From Thermodesulfobacteriota bacterium (GTDB lineage: Bacteria; Desulfobacterota; Desulfobacteria; Desulfobacterales; JAUWMJ01): a DNA stretch of 64,000 nt. Below are positions 35,769 through 46,407 of this stretch, piece by piece. The notes under the pieces were generated by a model, which saw only the letters and a list, made by a program, of their open reading frames with translations, had not been told where the DNA came from and did no database searches. The stretch lies in contig JAXHVO010000026.1 in NCBI GenBank assembly GCA_034189135.1, positions 64,900 through 128,899 of the forward strand, given 5' to 3'. A program made the position numbers and the translations under genes. Numbering within the stretch: the stretch's first letter is position 1; the number at the start of each line of letters is the position of its first letter.

Positions 35769-37232
35769 CTATTTTTCACAAATAATATTGCTTTCCCCGG
35801 GAATCATTGAACGGTCAGCTTCGATGACGATATTAATGTTGCGGCTTAATTCAAGATCCAGAATTTCTTTGCGCTTTTTGTTCAGAATATAATCCGCAAC
35901 ATCCACCGGTACAATACCTTTTACCTTGGAAATATCATTTCCCAGACTTTCTAGACGAAGTTTTCTAATAAAACGTAGCACTAAGGTTTCGGTGGAAGGG
36001 GTAACACCTTTTCCACGGCAGAGTTTGCATGGCTCAAAACTGCCAAATTCAATGGATGGTCGGATTCGCTGCCTTGACATTTCCATGAGTCCGAATCGGG
36101 AAATTTTACCGACTTTAGTTCTGGCTTTATCATTTTTGACCTGTGTCTTCACCGCCCTTTCTACTTCAAGCCGGTGCTTTTGATCTTTCATATCTATAAA
36201 ATCAATGATGATTAAACCGCCTAAATCTCTTAGCCGAAGCTGGCGGGTGATTTCTTCGGCCGCTTCGATATTTGTCTGCAGGGCGGTTTGTTCGATTGAT
36301 TTTTTACGGGTTGCTTTTCCCGAATTAACATCGATTGATACCAGGGCTTCAGTCGGCTCTATCACAATACTGCCCCCGGATTTCAGCGGAACACGACTTT
36401 CAAATATGGATGCAATCTGATTTTCAAGCTGATATTTGGTAAATATCGGTTTATCCCCTTTGTAGTGCTTAACAATTTTAGCATGCCTGGATGAGATGAT
36501 TTTAATAAATTTTTTTACTTCCTGGAAAACCAGACCATCGTCTATAAGAATTTCAGTGATGTCAGGGGTAAAATAGTCACGAATGGATCTTAACACAAGA
36601 TTTCTTTCTTTGTACAGGAGACAAGGCGCCTTTTCCTTCATCACATTTTTTTTAATGGTTTTCCACAGTCGCATCAGATACTTCAAGTCTTTGGTTAAAA
36701 GGGTTTTGGTACAGGTCATCCCTGCTGTTCGGACAATGATACCAAAACCTGGCGGCAGCTTTAACTTTGCGATAATTTCTTTTAGCCGGTTGCGTTCATC
36801 TTCATCCTCGATTTTCCGCGAAATACCGCGGTTTTCACTTCCGGGCATCAGCACCAAATACCTGCCCGGCAAAGATATGAATGTGGTGAGCATGGCTCCT
36901 TTCTTCATGAACGGATCTTTGGTGACCTGAACCAAAAGCTCCTGGCCGCGCTTGGCTATGTGATTTATAGAACGGTCACCTGAAGTATTGTCCTGGAAAT
37001 AGTCGCTGTGAATTTCATGCTTTTGCAGGAATCCATGTCGCTGTGCCCCGTAATCGACAAACACGGCCTGAAGGCTGGGTTCTACGCGGGTGATGACGGC
37101 TTTGTAAATGTTTCCGTGGGTAATTTCTTTTGAAGCACTTTCGATATGAAATTCTTCCAGTTTGCTTTCCTTGACTTTTGCTATCCTGCATTCTTCGGGA
37201 TCCACCGCATTGATTAGGATTTTATTGCTCAT
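35769..37232 (-). CDS. rng: Ribonuclease E/G family endoribonuclease (RNase G-like, 487 aa)
   Basis: The S1 domain has GNIYKAVITRVEPSLQAVFVDYG. It is followed by VSIDVNSGK and GLIIIDFIDM catalytic-core motifs. Confidence 0.85.
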   Translation of the reverse strand: MSNKILINAVDPEECRIAKVKESKLEEFHIESASKEITHGNIYKAVITRVEPSLQAVFVDYGAQRHGFLQKHEIHSDYFQDNTSGDRSINHIAKRGQELLVQVTKDPFMKKGAMLTTFISLPGRYLVLMPGSENRGISRKIEDEDERNRLKEIIAKLKLPPGFGIIVRTAGMTCTKTLLTKDLKYLMRLWKTIKKNVMKEKAPCLLYKERNLVLRSIRDYFTPDITEILIDDGLVFQEVKKFIKIISSRHAKIVKHYKGDKPIFTKYQLENQIASIFESRVPLKSGGSIVIEPTEALVSIDVNSGKATRKKSIEQTALQTNIEAAEEITRQLRLRDLGGLIIIDFIDMKDQKHRLEVERAVKTQVKNDKARTKVGKISRFGLMEMSRQRIRPSIEFGSFEPCKLCRGKGVTPSTETLVLRFIRKLRLESLGNDISKVKGIVPVDVADYILNKKRKEILDLELSRNINIVIEADRSMIPGESNIICEK

Positions 37233-37461
37233 ATATTATATGTCCTTGGGCCCAGGTAAATTATTAAAAAGGTCTTCAAGCACTCATGTCCGAGTCCCTG
37301 ATCGCTTTAATGTTCATTGGGGAATATTTAAATCAGTTAAATTAGTCCGTCTTATTTTTATTGCATCACGGTTGCTTGCATTGCCTGCATATGAAATTGT
37401 AGAATACAAGTCAAACTATTTTTACATAAGGGCTTTTTAAAAGCCTAATAACAAATAAAAT

Positions 37462-37490
37462 TTGCCTTGTTGCTATTTATTTAATATTAT
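37462..37490 (+). promoter_or_regulatory. Sigma70-like promoter upstream of leuS
   Basis: TTGCCT (37462-37467), a 17-nt spacer and TATTAT (37485-37490). Confidence 0.45.
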
Positions 37491-37563
37491 GGCATGTGAA
37501 ATCACAGTTTGGGCAAGGCCGTCACATGCATGGCAAAATGAATTTCAGGAGGTAAAGCGGGTA

Positions 37564-40167
37564 ATGGATGAACGGTACAATCCAGTCAGCGTAGAAAAAA
37601 AATGGCAAAGCGTCTGGGAGGCAACAGACCTGTTCAAGGCGTATGAGGATCCTGACAGAAAAAAATACTATCTACTTGAGATGTTTCCATATCCGTCCGG
37701 AAAAATACATATGGGGCATGTGAGAAATTATACCATTGGCGATGTGGTCGCAAGGTATAAAAGGATGCGGGGATTTAATGTCCTGCATCCAATGGGATGG
37801 GATGCATTTGGGATGCCCGCGGAAAATGCGGCCATAGCCAACAACACTCATCCGGCTAAATGGACCTACGATAATATTACTGCCATGCGCACACAGTTAA
37901 AGCGCATGGGATTCAGTTACGACTGGGACAGAGAAATCGCTACATGTAAACCCGAATATTACCGGTGGGAACAATGGTTGTTTTTAAAAATGTATGAAAA
38001 GGATATGGCATACCGAAAGAAGTCTTTTGTAAACTGGTGTGATAAATGCCGGACGGTTCTTGCCAACGAACAGGTGGAGGCCGGAATGTGTTGGAGATGC
38101 GGAGAGGCGGTTCGTCAGAAGAAGCTGTGGCAGTGGTTTTTTCGGGTGACCGACTACGCCGAGGATCTGCTTGTATATTCCGATAAACTGTCCGGCTGGC
38201 CTGATAAAGTAATTACCATGCAGAAAAACTGGATCGGCAAGAGTGTGGGGGCTGAAATCCGGTTTTCCATTGAAAACCCTGTGGATAGCACAGATGAATA
38301 CATCAATGTTTTTACCACCAGGCAGGATACGGTTTTTGGCGCAACTTTCATGGTTCTTGCGCCGGAGCATCCCCTGGTACTTAAGCTTTCCAGAGGAACC
38401 GTTCAGGAGAAAGAGACCGCAGATTTTGTGGATCGTATGTCCAGGCAGGACAGATCCGGAAAGGCCATAGAAAACCATGAAAAGGAAGGGGTTTTTACCG
38501 GGGCCTGGTGTATAAATCCCATGCACGGCAAACGTATGCCGATTTATACGGCCAATTTTGCCCTTATGGAATATGGAACGGGTGCGGTGATGTCTGTACC
38601 CGCACATGACCAGCGTGATTTTGAGTTTGCCAAAAAATATGGGTTGGATATTGTACCGGTGGTAAAGCCCTATGATGAAGACCTTAGCCCGGTTTCCATG
38701 ACCGAGGCATATACCGGTGAAGGCGTGATGATCAACTCGGGCCAATTTGACGGGATGGATAGTAATAAAGCCCGAAATGAAATTACCGCATATCTCGAAA
38801 AAAATGATATCGGTCAAAGAACCGTCAGTTTCAGACTGAGAGACTGGGGAATTTCCAGGCAGCGGTACTGGGGTGCTCCGATCCCCATGATTCACTGTAA
38901 AAAATGTGGGATTGTTCCGGTCGCTAAAGAACAGCTTCCCATAGTACTTCCGGAAGACGCAGATATTCTTGAAGGCGGCAAATCTCCGCTTCCCGAACTG
39001 GATCATTTTACCAAGACGGAGTGTCCCCAGTGCCATAGTCTTGATGCAAAAAGAGAAACCGATACCATGGATACCTTCGTAGAATCTTCCTGGTATTTTG
39101 AAAGGTACTGCAGTCCGGACTGCAACACCGGTATGTTTGACCGGGTGGCTGTGGATTATTGGATGCCGGTGGATCAATATATTGGCGGAGTGGAGCATGC
39201 TATTTTGCATCTTTTGTATTCAAGGTACTATACCAGAGTGCTCAAAGAAATGGGACTGGTTAATTTTAAGGAGCCGTTTACGCGGCTTTTAACCCAGGGA
39301 ATGGTTTGCAAGGAAACATCCTTTTGTACGGAACACGGCTTTCTTAGCCCTGAAGAAGAGGATGTGCGCGGCAAAAAGCGATTGTGCCGTATTTGTGGCC
39401 GGGAAACTGAGGTGGGTCGCATAGAAAAAATGTCTAAATCGAAAAAAAATGTGGTTGATCCGAACATATTGCTGGAAAAATACGGTGCGGATACCACCAG
39501 ACTTTTTTGTCTTTTTGCCGCACCCCCTGAAAGGGACTTGGAATGGAGCGAGCAGGGAGTTGAGGGGGGTTACCGTTTCCTCAATCGTGTCTGGCGACTT
39601 GCGGCGAATCTCATGGATTCAATAAAAGGCGTTCAAACTTTTGAAGGCAAGGTGGAAGATCTTGATGGCGGGTTAAGACATCTTTACCGGAAAACCCATC
39701 AGACCATAAGCAAAGTGACCAGAGATATAGAAGACAGGTTTCACTTTAATACCGCCATAAGTGCCGTCATGGAGCTTTATAATACCATGAACGGTATGAA
39801 ACTTGAAGAAAACAGCCCGGTTTCGGCGGGTGTAATGAGATTTGCCATGGAATCCGTTGTACTCCTCCTGGCGCCCATAGTACCTCATTTTGCCGATGAA
39901 ATATGGGAAGCGATGGGGCATGAATCGAGTGTTCTGTTGGAATCTTGGCCGACCTATAATAAAGATATTCTGTATGAGGATGAATGGCTGATTGTGGTCC
40001 AGGTCAATGGCAAACTCAGGAGCAGGTTTTCAGTCGGTGCTGGTACGGATGAAGATACCATAAAGCAAATGGCTCTTTCGGATGAACGGGCAAAAAAATT
40101 CATAAACGATCAGCCTGTTAAAAAGGTTATTGTGGTAAAGAATAAGCTGGTTAATATTGTGGTATAG
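37564..40167 (+). CDS. leuS: Leucine--tRNA ligase
   Basis: [19 protein letters not shown]...[16 protein letters not shown] (HIGH) ...KMSKSKKN (KMSKS). AGGAGG lies 9 nt upstream of ATG 37564. Confidence 0.95.
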   Translation: MDERYNPVSVEKKWQSVWEATDLFKAYEDPDRKKYYLLEMFPYPSGKIHMGHVRNYTIGDVVARYKRMRGFNVLHPMGWDAFGMPAENAAIANNTHPAKWTYDNITAMRTQLKRMGFSYDWDREIATCKPEYYRWEQWLFLKMYEKDMAYRKKSFVNWCDKCRTVLANEQVEAGMCWRCGEAVRQKKLWQWFFRVTDYAEDLLVYSDKLSGWPDKVITMQKNWIGKSVGAEIRFSIENPVDSTDEYINVFTTRQDTVFGATFMVLAPEHPLVLKLSRGTVQEKETADFVDRMSRQDRSGKAIENHEKEGVFTGAWCINPMHGKRMPIYTANFALMEYGTGAVMSVPAHDQRDFEFAKKYGLDIVPVVKPYDEDLSPVSMTEAYTGEGVMINSGQFDGMDSNKARNEITAYLEKNDIGQRTVSFRLRDWGISRQRYWGAPIPMIHCKKCGIVPVAKEQLPIVLPEDADILEGGKSPLPELDHFTKTECPQCHSLDAKRETDTMDTFVESSWYFERYCSPDCNTGMFDRVAVDYWMPVDQYIGGVEHAILHLLYSRYYTRVLKEMGLVNFKEPFTRLLTQGMVCKETSFCTEHGFLSPEEEDVRGKKRLCRICGRETEVGRIEKMSKSKKNVVDPNILLEKYGADTTRLFCLFAAPPERDLEWSEQGVEGGYRFLNRVWRLAANLMDSIKGVQTFEGKVEDLDGGLRHLYRKTHQTISKVTRDIEDRFHFNTAISAVMELYNTMNGMKLEENSPVSAGVMRFAMESVVLLLAPIVPHFADEIWEAMGHESSVLLESWPTYNKDILYEDEWLIVVQVNGKLRSRFSVGAGTDEDTIKQMALSDERAKKFINDQPVKKVIVVKNKLVNIVV

Positions 40168-40255
40168 CCAATGGTCGAGCCATACCGATCAGTTGCTGCC
40201 GGTCTTGTCGCGCATGTTGTTTTTCTGTTGACCGTTCATCAACTGAGGTCAAATT

Positions 40256-40777
40256 ATGTTTGTAAAAAAAAGAAATAATTTTTTTATCCTTATATTACTG
40301 ATACTTGTTTCAGGTTGTGGGTACAGGTTTGCAGGAACCGGTGATTTTCCGGAAAACACCAAAAACATTTTCATACCGATACTTGAAAACCGCACCTCCG
40401 AAAGCAGGCTGGAAAAGCTGGTAACAGATGATATCATCTATGAATTTACCAGTAACAGAAAAGATATCTTGGCAAAGAGCATGGAAGATGCGGATGCCGT
40501 TCTTTATGGAAACATCCATTCTATAAGCATTGCAACTATTTCCCGGGACGATCCGAACACTTCCACAGAAAGAAGTGTAAAACTGTTCGTCGACATGAAA
40601 CTGGTTGCTCCTGACGGCAGAGTCATCTGGCGGGTAGAACAAATTATGGCAGACGAAGCTTACAACGTCGTACTGGGGGATAAGTACAGGACGTTACAAA
40701 ACAGGCGAGAGGCGATTTCAAAGGTTTCTCAAAGGCTGGCAGAAAAAATTTTTACACGCATGACGGATAATTTTTAA
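40256..40777 (+). CDS. lptE: LPS-assembly lipoprotein LptE
   Basis: Lipobox LLILVSGCGYRF, conserved position downstream of leuS, 173 aa. Confidence 0.75.
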   Translation: MFVKKRNNFFILILLILVSGCGYRFAGTGDFPENTKNIFIPILENRTSESRLEKLVTDDIIYEFTSNRKDILAKSMEDADAVLYGNIHSISIATISRDDPNTSTERSVKLFVDMKLVAPDGRVIWRVEQIMADEAYNVVLGDKYRTLQNRREAISKVSQRLAEKIFTRMTDNF

Positions 40778-41040
40778 TGAACGGCATTGTTGGCAAATTT
40801 TGCCAGGCGGGATATTTTTCTGGCAGCCGTTTTTTTATGGATGACCCCCTTTTTGGCTGCGATATCTATCACAGACTTTGCCATGTTAAGATTGGCGGTC
40901 ATTGTTTCGCCTGACGATTCACCTTCGGCAAGTCGAACTTGCTTGGTCACGTTATTTATTTTTGTTCGGTAAGACTTGTTACGCATGCGTCTTATTTCAT
41001 TCTGACGGGCGCGTTTTAAAGCGGATTTGTGATTGGCCAA
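40774..41040 (-). CDS. rpsT: 30S ribosomal protein S20
   Basis: MANHKSALKRARQNEIRRMRNKSYRTKI. Confidence 0.95.
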   Translation of the reverse strand: MANHKSALKRARQNEIRRMRNKSYRTKINNVTKQVRLAEGESSGETMTANLNMAKSVIDIAAKKGVIHKKTAARKISRLAKFANNAVH

Positions 41041-41144
41041 AGTAGTAAGCTCCTTTTCTGAAATTTGATAAAAATGAATTACCTATAAAATAAAAAAAAG
41101 GATGTCAAGGTATTTATTCTGATTTTAGCAGAACTTAATATAAA

Positions 41145-42716
41145 ATGTCTGAAAATACCCGTGTGACAAAGGCTGCAGGTGTTGTAAGCTCAGCCACTTT
41201 GTTAAGCCGCATTTTTGGTTATATAAGGGATATGGTTATCGCCGCAATTTTTGGCGCGGGCTTTTATTCCGATGCATTTGTTGCCGCTTTCAGGATTCCC
41301 AACCTTATCAGGAGGCTTTTTGGCGAAGGTTCCTTAAGCATTTCATTTGTTCCTGTTTTTACCCAATACATCACAGAAAAAGGAAAAGACGAAGCCTTTG
41401 AGATGGCAAGATCTGCCATAAAACTGCTTTCGGTTCTACTGGTTATTATAACTGTTGCGGGTATTGCCCTCTCGCCCTGGATCGTTCATATTTTTGCCCC
41501 GGGGTTTACCGGGTCGCCTGAAAAGTATGCGCTTACCGTCGTGCTGACGCGCATCATGTTTCCTTATATCTTTTTTATATGCCTGGTTGCGCTGAGCATG
41601 GGTATTTTAAATGTCTTGGGGCATTTTGCCGCACCTGCGCTTGCACCGGTATTTTTAAATATAGCGATGATTGTCTCGGTAACCGCAGTATCTATAGCGT
41701 CAACCGATCCAGCAAACCGTGTATATGGACTTGCATTTGGCGTGGTGGTTGGAGGGTGTTTGCAGCTTGCACTTCAGGTACCGTTTTTGATTAAAAACGG
41801 TTTTTATTTCTGGCAAAAAACCGCAATATGGCATTCGGGGTTAAAAAGAATCGTTAAGCTGTTTTTCCCCGCCATATTCGGTTCAGCCGTGTATCAGATT
41901 AACACTCTGGTGATCACCCTTCTTGCCTCGATACAATCTGAAGGTAGTGTTTCGTATCTTTACTATGCAGACCGGCTGGTTCAGTTTCCTTTGGGGATTT
42001 TTGCTATTGCTGCTGCAACCGCACTGCTGCCCAGCATTTCCAGGCAGGCAGCAGCAAAAGACATGCAGGCGGTAAGGGATTCTTTTGCATATACATTGAA
42101 ACTTGTTTTTTTTATAACCATTCCTGCCATGGTGGGGCTTATTGTATTGCGGCAGCCGGTGGTGGCCCTGCTATTTCAAAGAGGGGCCTTTGGAGGTGAA
42201 GCCACCCTGTTGACTGCCAAGGCTGTTTTGTATTATAGCATCGGCCTGTGGGCTGTTTCAGGTGTAAGGATTATTGTATTTACCCTTTATGCACTAAAAG
42301 ATACAAAAACACCTGTTTATACTGCAGCTATATCCATCATGGCCAATATAATACTTGGAGTTGTTTTAATGGAGCCCATGGGACATGCCGGCCTTGCATT
42401 GGCTTTATCCCTTGCTTCAATGCTTAACTTCGGACTTCTGATGCGGTCATTAAATATAAAGCTGGGTCCATTGAAGCAGCCGGGTCTAGCTGAATTTGTT
42501 TGCAAAAATATAATATGTTCTGTATTAATGGGGACGGTGGTGTGGACGGTGGCCCTATATATTATTCCGCCGGGAACGGAAAGCCTGTCTGGTCTAATTA
42601 TAGGGCTTTTGGGAAGTATTTTAACCGGTCTTGTCATTTACGGTGGTTTTTCCATAATTTTTAAAACCCTGGATATTAAAACGGTTTTAAATCTGGGTTT
42701 ATTTAAGCGACAATAA
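41145..42716 (+). CDS. murJ: Lipid II flippase MurJ (MviN)
   Basis: LLSRIFGYIRDMVIAAIFGAG...DAFVAAFRIPNLIRRLFGEGSLS. About 14 TM helices, 523 aa. Confidence 0.9.
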   Translation: MSENTRVTKAAGVVSSATLLSRIFGYIRDMVIAAIFGAGFYSDAFVAAFRIPNLIRRLFGEGSLSISFVPVFTQYITEKGKDEAFEMARSAIKLLSVLLVIITVAGIALSPWIVHIFAPGFTGSPEKYALTVVLTRIMFPYIFFICLVALSMGILNVLGHFAAPALAPVFLNIAMIVSVTAVSIASTDPANRVYGLAFGVVVGGCLQLALQVPFLIKNGFYFWQKTAIWHSGLKRIVKLFFPAIFGSAVYQINTLVITLLASIQSEGSVSYLYYADRLVQFPLGIFAIAAATALLPSISRQAAAKDMQAVRDSFAYTLKLVFFITIPAMVGLIVLRQPVVALLFQRGAFGGEATLLTAKAVLYYSIGLWAVSGVRIIVFTLYALKDTKTPVYTAAISIMANIILGVVLMEPMGHAGLALALSLASMLNFGLLMRSLNIKLGPLKQPGLAEFVCKNIICSVLMGTVVWTVALYIIPPGTESLSGLIIGLLGSILTGLVIYGGFSIIFKTLDIKTVLNLGLFKRQ

Positions 42717-42717
42717 T

Positions 42718-43026
42718 ATGCTGAACAAAGTTAAGCTAAAATTATCCATGGCCATATTGATATTGTTTTCCATGCTTTTTCTTATTTTGTTTGCTGAAAA
42801 CGGCCTTGTTGATCTTAATTCGCTTAGAAAGGAAAGAGACAGGCTGATTGAAAAAAATGAAAATCTTGCCAGGGATAATCTTGATTTGTATAATGAAATA
42901 GAACGGTTAAAAAATGATGATAAATATATTGAAAATATTGCAAGGCAGGAACTCGGTATGATCGGGAAAGACGAAATAATATTAAAACCAACCCATGGTT
43001 CAGCAAAACGGTTGAAACAGAAATGA
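42718..43026 (+). CDS. ftsB: Cell division protein FtsB/DivIC family (septum formation initiator)
   Basis: N-terminal TM, then a coiled coil and IENIARQELGMIGKDEIILKP. Confidence 0.8.
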   Translation: MLNKVKLKLSMAILILFSMLFLILFAENGLVDLNSLRKERDRLIEKNENLARDNLDLYNEIERLKNDDKYIENIARQELGMIGKDEIILKPTHGSAKRLKQK

Positions 43027-43304
43027 TACCGGATAACGATTTTAAAACAGTCACCATGGCCAAGGTTTATGCCGGTCAGGGCCATTATGAAAAAGCAGCA
43101 GAAATTTATAAGCACCTTTTAAAAAATGAACCCGACAATCCGGATCTTGCCAGAGCACTTGCAGGAGTTGAAAACAAATTACACCCAAAAATAAGAGGGG
43201 GGAGTGAGGATCTTGGAGACCTGTTCAGCACATGGATCGATCTTATTCTCAGGTATAAAAAGATGAGGTATTTAAGGAAGATAAAAGGAACGTTTAAGGG
43301 GTGA
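43023..43304 (+). CDS. Small TPR-like protein
   Basis: MAKVYAGQGHYEKAAEIYKHLLKNEPDNPDLARALA is one TPR-like unit. The start overlaps the ftsB stop (ATGA). Confidence 0.55.
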   Translation: MIPDNDFKTVTMAKVYAGQGHYEKAAEIYKHLLKNEPDNPDLARALAGVENKLHPKIRGGSEDLGDLFSTWIDLILRYKKMRYLRKIKGTFKG

Positions 43305-43447
43305 GATCTTGGTATATTAAAATGTTATTGATTTTATTTTATATTGAAGGTAATATTTAAACAATGTAATAACTGAACATTTTAATACATTAAGGAGAAA
43401 AGGAAAAACCAACACATTCTTATCTATGAGAAAGGGAGGAAAACGTT

Positions 43448-43981
43448 ATGAAAAAGTTTTTGTATATAAGCCTGGTACTTTTGATTGGACTTTCTTTTAC
43501 TGTTGGATGTGCAAACATGCCCTTGGTGGGAGGTTCTAAGAAGAAGACGAAAACGGTTTCTGAACAAACCCTCTATTCACAGGTGCCGGAATCTATGCGA
43601 GCTGATGTGAAAGAGGCGGAGTTTGACCTACAGGAGGCAAAAAGAAACCTGAAACTGGCCCAGCAAAAAGTAAAGGTCGGAAAACTTAAAAAAGAACTGG
43701 GCAGTTTGCAGAAAGATGGTGCGGATTCTGAATTGGAAGCAGCAGAAAAGAAAGTGGAAGAAAAAGAACTTGCAGTGGAAGTTGCAAAATTAGAGGCGAT
43801 TGACAATGCAAATCTGGGTGATAAAATCGATAACATCAAAAAAATTGCAAAAGTAAAGTCTAAAAAACTCAATGCCGAGGCGGATGCAGTAGAAGCCAAG
43901 GCTGAATATACCACCACCAACCTTGAGGTAAAAAAGCTGAAGAAAAAAATAGAAAAAATGGAGGCAAAAATAAAAGATTAA
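43448..43981 (+). CDS. Lys/Glu-rich coiled-coil lipoprotein, function unknown
   Basis: Lipobox LSFTVGCANM. The rest is K/E/A-rich heptad-like sequence. Confidence 0.6.
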   Translation: MKKFLYISLVLLIGLSFTVGCANMPLVGGSKKKTKTVSEQTLYSQVPESMRADVKEAEFDLQEAKRNLKLAQQKVKVGKLKKELGSLQKDGADSELEAAEKKVEEKELAVEVAKLEAIDNANLGDKIDNIKKIAKVKSKKLNAEADAVEAKAEYTTTNLEVKKLKKKIEKMEAKIKD

Positions 43982-44001
43982 AACCAATATGTTGTAACAG
44001 G

Positions 44002-44036
44002 AAAGGCGGGGCTAAAACCCCCGCCTTTTAATTTTT
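44002..44036. terminator. Bidirectional intrinsic terminator
   Basis: AAAGGCGGGG, a 7-nt loop and CCCCGCCTTT, followed by TAATTTTTT. Lies between convergent genes. Confidence 0.7.
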
Positions 44037-44696
44037 TGGCGGTTTTGTTTTTTTTGTTGGGTCCAAAACAGGAGTATCCGGATCGGGCTTAGATGACAAA
44101 TCTTTTGTAGAGTAGAACAGCGCTTTTACACGATTTTCCGTACCGCTTTCAACCTTAACCGTGTTTTCTGACCGGTTAAGGGTTATTTTTGAACCGGAAA
44201 CATAATTTTTATTGCTGAATACAGTTGAATTTTCTCCGGTTAATACCAGCACCATGGTCTTTGTTGTGTAGACTGCCTGCTGTGTGGTCGCTTCCTTGCC
44301 ATCTGCCCATATCTTCACGTTGCCGGTGGCAATAATTTTATCTATGGATTCTTCACCTGCCTTTGACTTTTCTTTTTTCCCCGGATCATGTTTATAAAAA
44401 ATTTTCAGTCGATCCGATTTTATAATGAAATCTCCATACACCGCTTCAACACTACCGGTAAACTCAGCATAATTTCTATCATAGCTGCCCACCAGCCTGT
44501 CTGCAGTAATCCGTATTTTATCTGCTTTATTTTTTATATTTTTTGCCAAAGGCTCAGCCGAAGTCTGGGGCAGCGATATAAAAAAATAGGCGCTGAGTAC
44601 TGTGGCTGCCGATAAAAAGAAAGATAATCTAATATGTAGCAGCATATTCAGAAACAAAGCTTTCACAGGATGGTTCCCCAAAGAAACGCGATTCAA
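44028..44696 (-). CDS. LptA/OstA-N family periplasmic LPS-transport protein
   Basis: ITADRLVGSYDRNYAEFTGSVEAVYGDFIIKSDRLKIFY...ATGNVKIW are OstA-like beta-jellyroll repeats. The start may be ATG 44645 (MLLHIRL..., signal peptide). Confidence 0.7.
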   Translation of the reverse strand: MNRVSLGNHPVKALFLNMLLHIRLSFFLSAATVLSAYFFISLPQTSAEPLAKNIKNKADKIRITADRLVGSYDRNYAEFTGSVEAVYGDFIIKSDRLKIFYKHDPGKKEKSKAGEESIDKIIATGNVKIWADGKEATTQQAVYTTKTMVLVLTGENSTVFSNKNYVSGSKITLNRSENTVKVESGTENRVKALFYSTKDLSSKPDPDTPVLDPTKKTKPPKN

Positions 44697-44813
44697 GGTG
44701 TATTTTTTAAATTTTGGTAAAAAAAGTTAAAAAATTTAACTTTTTTGTATTTACATATTTTTATAATGTATATCATATAGATCAAATATGTAAAGTTTAT
44801 TGAAATGATGCAG

Positions 44814-44848
44814 CAAAAAGCCCCTGGAGTGGACTATTCTCCAGGGGC
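44814..44848 (-). terminator. Intrinsic terminator downstream of the PilZ gene and repeat copy 2
   Basis: GCCCCTGGAG (44820-44829) pairs with CTCCAGGGGC (44839-44848). On the minus strand the hairpin is followed by TTTTTGCTG. Confidence 0.7.
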
Positions 44849-44962
44849 AGGTTAAGGAGGTAGCTCTCAGGGGAATCGTTTTAAACCTAAGAGCCAAAGC
44901 ACTTATAAGCTATATCGGCAGTTACGCTACAGAACTTTAGCTATTTTTTTTATTCAATAGAA

Positions 44963-45121
44963 GAGACCTTTGAAAAATGGTAATTTTCGAAGTCTACGCT
45001 TATCTGTCCGAGTTCAAGAAAGGCAAAGATTTCAACCACAGGAATATATTGAATATTTCGAGGATTGAAATTTGAGACTGACGTAGAAATCGGACAAAAA
45101 GTGCCGTTTTGCAAAGGTCTC
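44963..45121. repeat. MITE-like palindromic repeat, copy 2 (159 bp)
   Basis: Same GAGACCTTTGAAAAATG ... TTTTGCAAAGGTCTC termini and internal hairpin as 1180-1321. It carries an extra roughly 17 bp near the left end. Confidence 0.8.
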
Positions 45122-45329
45122 TAGAAGATGGGCCCATGGTCTGTGTCAGAGACAAACAGTATAACATTGAAGGGTAAGCGTTCACTGGAGGTTGAAACAG
45201 GGAATTTGGCCCTCTCCCGGATTTCTAATTTCCCATTTCATGTTTATAGCTGTAAATTGCTGAACACATCGAATGCAGAGTGTGTGAAAAACCGCTACAA
45301 CACAGTAAATAGGACTTTTTCCAACGCCA

Positions 45330-45980
45330 TCAATTGTTGACCATGCTTTTAAACTTCACCCCGACGCCTTCCTGAACAGCCCGGACCACTTCACCGTTGA
45401 CGATTGTATTTTTATTTTTATTGGAAAATGGGATAGCCAGCATAAGCATCTGTCCGGAAGGGAAGGAATCCTTGGTTGCAATAAAAATTCCAGTTTTGCT
45501 TATATCTTTGATCAGGCCGGTGTAAAAACGATTGTTGGTAGTGAAATTTATGGGTTTGGAAGATTTTTTTCTTTGATGTTTTCTGATGATTATTCCGTTT
45601 ATTAAATCTTTGCGTCGTTCATCAAAATTTCTCATAAATTTAACGCCATAGCCAAAATAAAATCTGGAAAAATCATCAGGCAATTTGTCACGTCGGATCA
45701 CTTTGGCGCAGTAACATTGATAAGCATTGGAATTGGAAGAGTAAGGGGAATTAATGATGCCAAGGTCCAGTTCGTTTCCCGGGTGAAGCTCAAGATCCGT
45801 TTCAAAATACAAGCCTTCACTGCTATAATTGTACATTATCGCGTCATCAGTCCTGCCGGTTTTTAAATCCTTGCATTTAACCGGGGATTCATACTCAAAG
45901 CGTGTATTATTTCTGCTTTCAAGATTTGAGTCCAGTGTCTGTACCTCCTTATTGGTTTTTACGGGAAGCAGCAAAATCAT
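45330..45980 (-). CDS. PilZ-domain (c-di-GMP-binding) protein, two PilZ-like halves
   Basis: The C-terminal half has RKHQRK (RxxxR) and DISKTGIFI (DxSxxG). The N-terminal half is a degenerate PilZ barrel. Confidence 0.75.
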   Translation of the reverse strand: MILLLPVKTNKEVQTLDSNLESRNNTRFEYESPVKCKDLKTGRTDDAIMYNYSSEGLYFETDLELHPGNELDLGIINSPYSSNSNAYQCYCAKVIRRDKLPDDFSRFYFGYGVKFMRNFDERRKDLINGIIIRKHQRKKSSKPINFTTNNRFYTGLIKDISKTGIFIATKDSFPSGQMLMLAIPFSNKNKNTIVNGEVVRAVQEGVGVKFKSMVNN

Positions 45981-46407
45981 ACAGGACTTAAAGAACTTTA
46001 AGCGGAAAACTTAAACAGTATTGTTTTGTAACAAATAAATTATCATAAAAAAGAGCAGATGTAAAGGCCCTGTACGCCGGACATCCAAAAAAGGAGGGCA
46101 TTTTAAGAGTTACGGTTCAACGACTCAAGATTTTTTAACAAAAATCATGCCTTGAGGTGACCAGAGCTGATGTGTATATTGATTTGTTGTATTGTGAATC
46201 CTTGAAAAATGTTATATATATAACTGAAGTTTCGCATCCATGGTTAAAAAACAGCTAATAAAGCGAATTGACCCCGGAGGCCATTGAACGAACAGAGATA
46301 ACGAATCAAAGTACATTTTATGGGTTCCCGGTGAGCGCCAGGGTGAAGAATGACTTTAATAAAACCATCATTATTCATTCATATATAAAACATATGGAGG
46401 CTGACGG

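Noticed and set aside
37984-39210. A 408-aa ORF antisense to leuS, the longest shadow ORF in the window.
   Set aside because: Its codons are exactly complementary-aligned with the leuS codons, so stops arise only where leuS uses TTA, CTA or TCA. The translation is low-complexity (H, G, F, I, K rich) with no recognisable motif. No RBS precedes it. leuS itself is unambiguous. The length of the stop-free run is notable, but leuS codon usage is the simplest explanation.
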